Shown piece after piece: positions 31,578 to 32,570 of a stretch of DNA of 32,570 nucleotides. This stretch comes from Macrostomum lignano (Eukaryota). Under the pieces are notes generated by a model that did not search any database, was not told the DNA's origin, and worked only from the letters and a program-made list of their open reading frames with translations. A program made the translations under genes and the position numbers. Every line of letters begins with the position of its first letter. Position 1 is the first letter of the stretch. The stretch spans positions 1 through 32,570 of the forward strand of contig NIVC01004536.1 in NCBI GenBank assembly GCA_002269645.1. The letters are read 5' to 3'.

Positions 31578-32570
31578 ATGCTGTGTAAAATATTCATTAA
31601 AGCTCTTGCTCTTGTCGCCTTGCTGACCACTGAATATCAGTTAGCAGCAGGTGCTGAAGACTACGAGGCCGAACTGTTGCACTACTTAAGGCACAACATC
31701 ACCGGCTACAGCCCGACTCTCCGACCATTGCTGAATTCAAAGCAGACTGTCTTTGTGTCAGCAGACATTATAATTGGTCAGATAATCTTGGTTGACAGCT
31801 CAAAGCAGAGTGTAACAATTTCCGCAATTATCTCAGCCAGCTGGAGCAACGAGCGGTTAATCTGGGACCCGGCCAAGTTCGGCAACATCACCGTGATGGA
31901 CTGGGACAGCAGTCAGCTCTGGTTCCCTGTTGTGGTCGTCTACAACGGCCTTGGAGACAACCAGCTGCTGAGTCCTCAGCTTCCGACATTCATCACGTCA
32001 GTGTCGCCCAACAGATCTACAGTGTCCACCGGCTGGATCGGGCAGTGGGAGTTCTCCTGCAAGTTTAACATAAATCGGTTTCCGTTCGATCGGCACTCCT
32101 GCGAGATGGAGCTTTGCGAATGACCAGAGCCGCGGTTGCCCAGCACTGTTATAAAGAAAGGGTCATTTCTACTGATGCGCCATCGGAGCCAACGGAGTAC
32201 AACAATAAGGTGCCTATAGGACAATGGCGAATGGAACTTGGTCAACTTGACCACTTATATAAAGAAAATACCCTATGAGGTGCTTAAGGGAGCATCAAAG
32301 GTTAATCTGTCTACGTTGGCTTTGCACATGGAGCTCGAGCGAGTGCCCACTTACTACATTTTGAGCGTAATGACCCCCTGCTGCTGCTCACGCTGCTCCA
32401 GGTGCTCGTCTTCTTCGTTCCCGTTGAGTCTGGAGAGAAGCTGGGCTTCGGCATCACAATCATGCTGAGCTACACGGTGTTTCTGCTGCTGCTGGACGGC
32501 CTGCTGCCCAAGTCGCAGTCGATGCCGGCCGTGGCGTCGTTCATCACGGCGGCCATGGTGCTGTCGACGT
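31578..32570 (+). CDS. Cys-loop channel subunit C, intronless, 3'-truncated by the window; apparent stops/frameshifts at 32110-32380 are probably consensus errors
   Basis: Signal peptide, DYEAELLHYL, LRP, WSNERLIWDP, WFPVVVVYNG, Cys-loop CKFNINRFPFDRHSC, then PVESGEKLGFGITIMLSYTVFLLLLDG after restoring single bases. Confidence 0.85.

Noticed and set aside
32121-32123. Selenocysteine or read-through at in-frame TGA in gene C (and programmed frameshift in the DAO-family gene)
   Set aside because: No SECIS or slippery site recognised; homopolymer single-base losses explain the stops better

Overview
Eukaryotic (invertebrate animal) genomic DNA with GT-AG introns, SINE/LINE relics and many minisatellites; a flatworm such as Macrostomum is only a guess. 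All host genes lie on the + strand. They are: the 3' end of a D-amino-acid/D-aspartate oxidase family gene (1-401, one -1 frameshift); a complete 6-exon high-affinity choline transporter SLC5A7/CHT1 (2554-6690, 563 aa); a 5-exon, ~235-aa four-transmembrane protein gene that the ORF track misses (9195-11348); and five intronless Cys-loop (nAChR-like, non-alpha) channel genes, called here A1, B1, A2, B2 and C (C runs off the window). A ~7.2-kb block (3' part of the 4TM gene, A, a SINE, B, a minisatellite) is present twice, ~13.1-13.2 kb apart, with mosaic identity. The copies are separated by a ~6-kb transposon nest: two LOA/R1-like LINE relics, one split by a 2.84-kb CCC-terminal DNA transposon with a 2-bp TSD. 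Main observation: the paralogous receptors A, B and C have divergent extracellular domains (A vs B ~50% aa identity) that lack the canonical ACh-binding residues, yet share a GC-rich ~396-bp M1-M3 pore cassette that is ~97% identical at the DNA level. This is a variable-sensor/constant-pore architecture, best explained by gene conversion. All alignments and counts were done by eye; no database searches were run.
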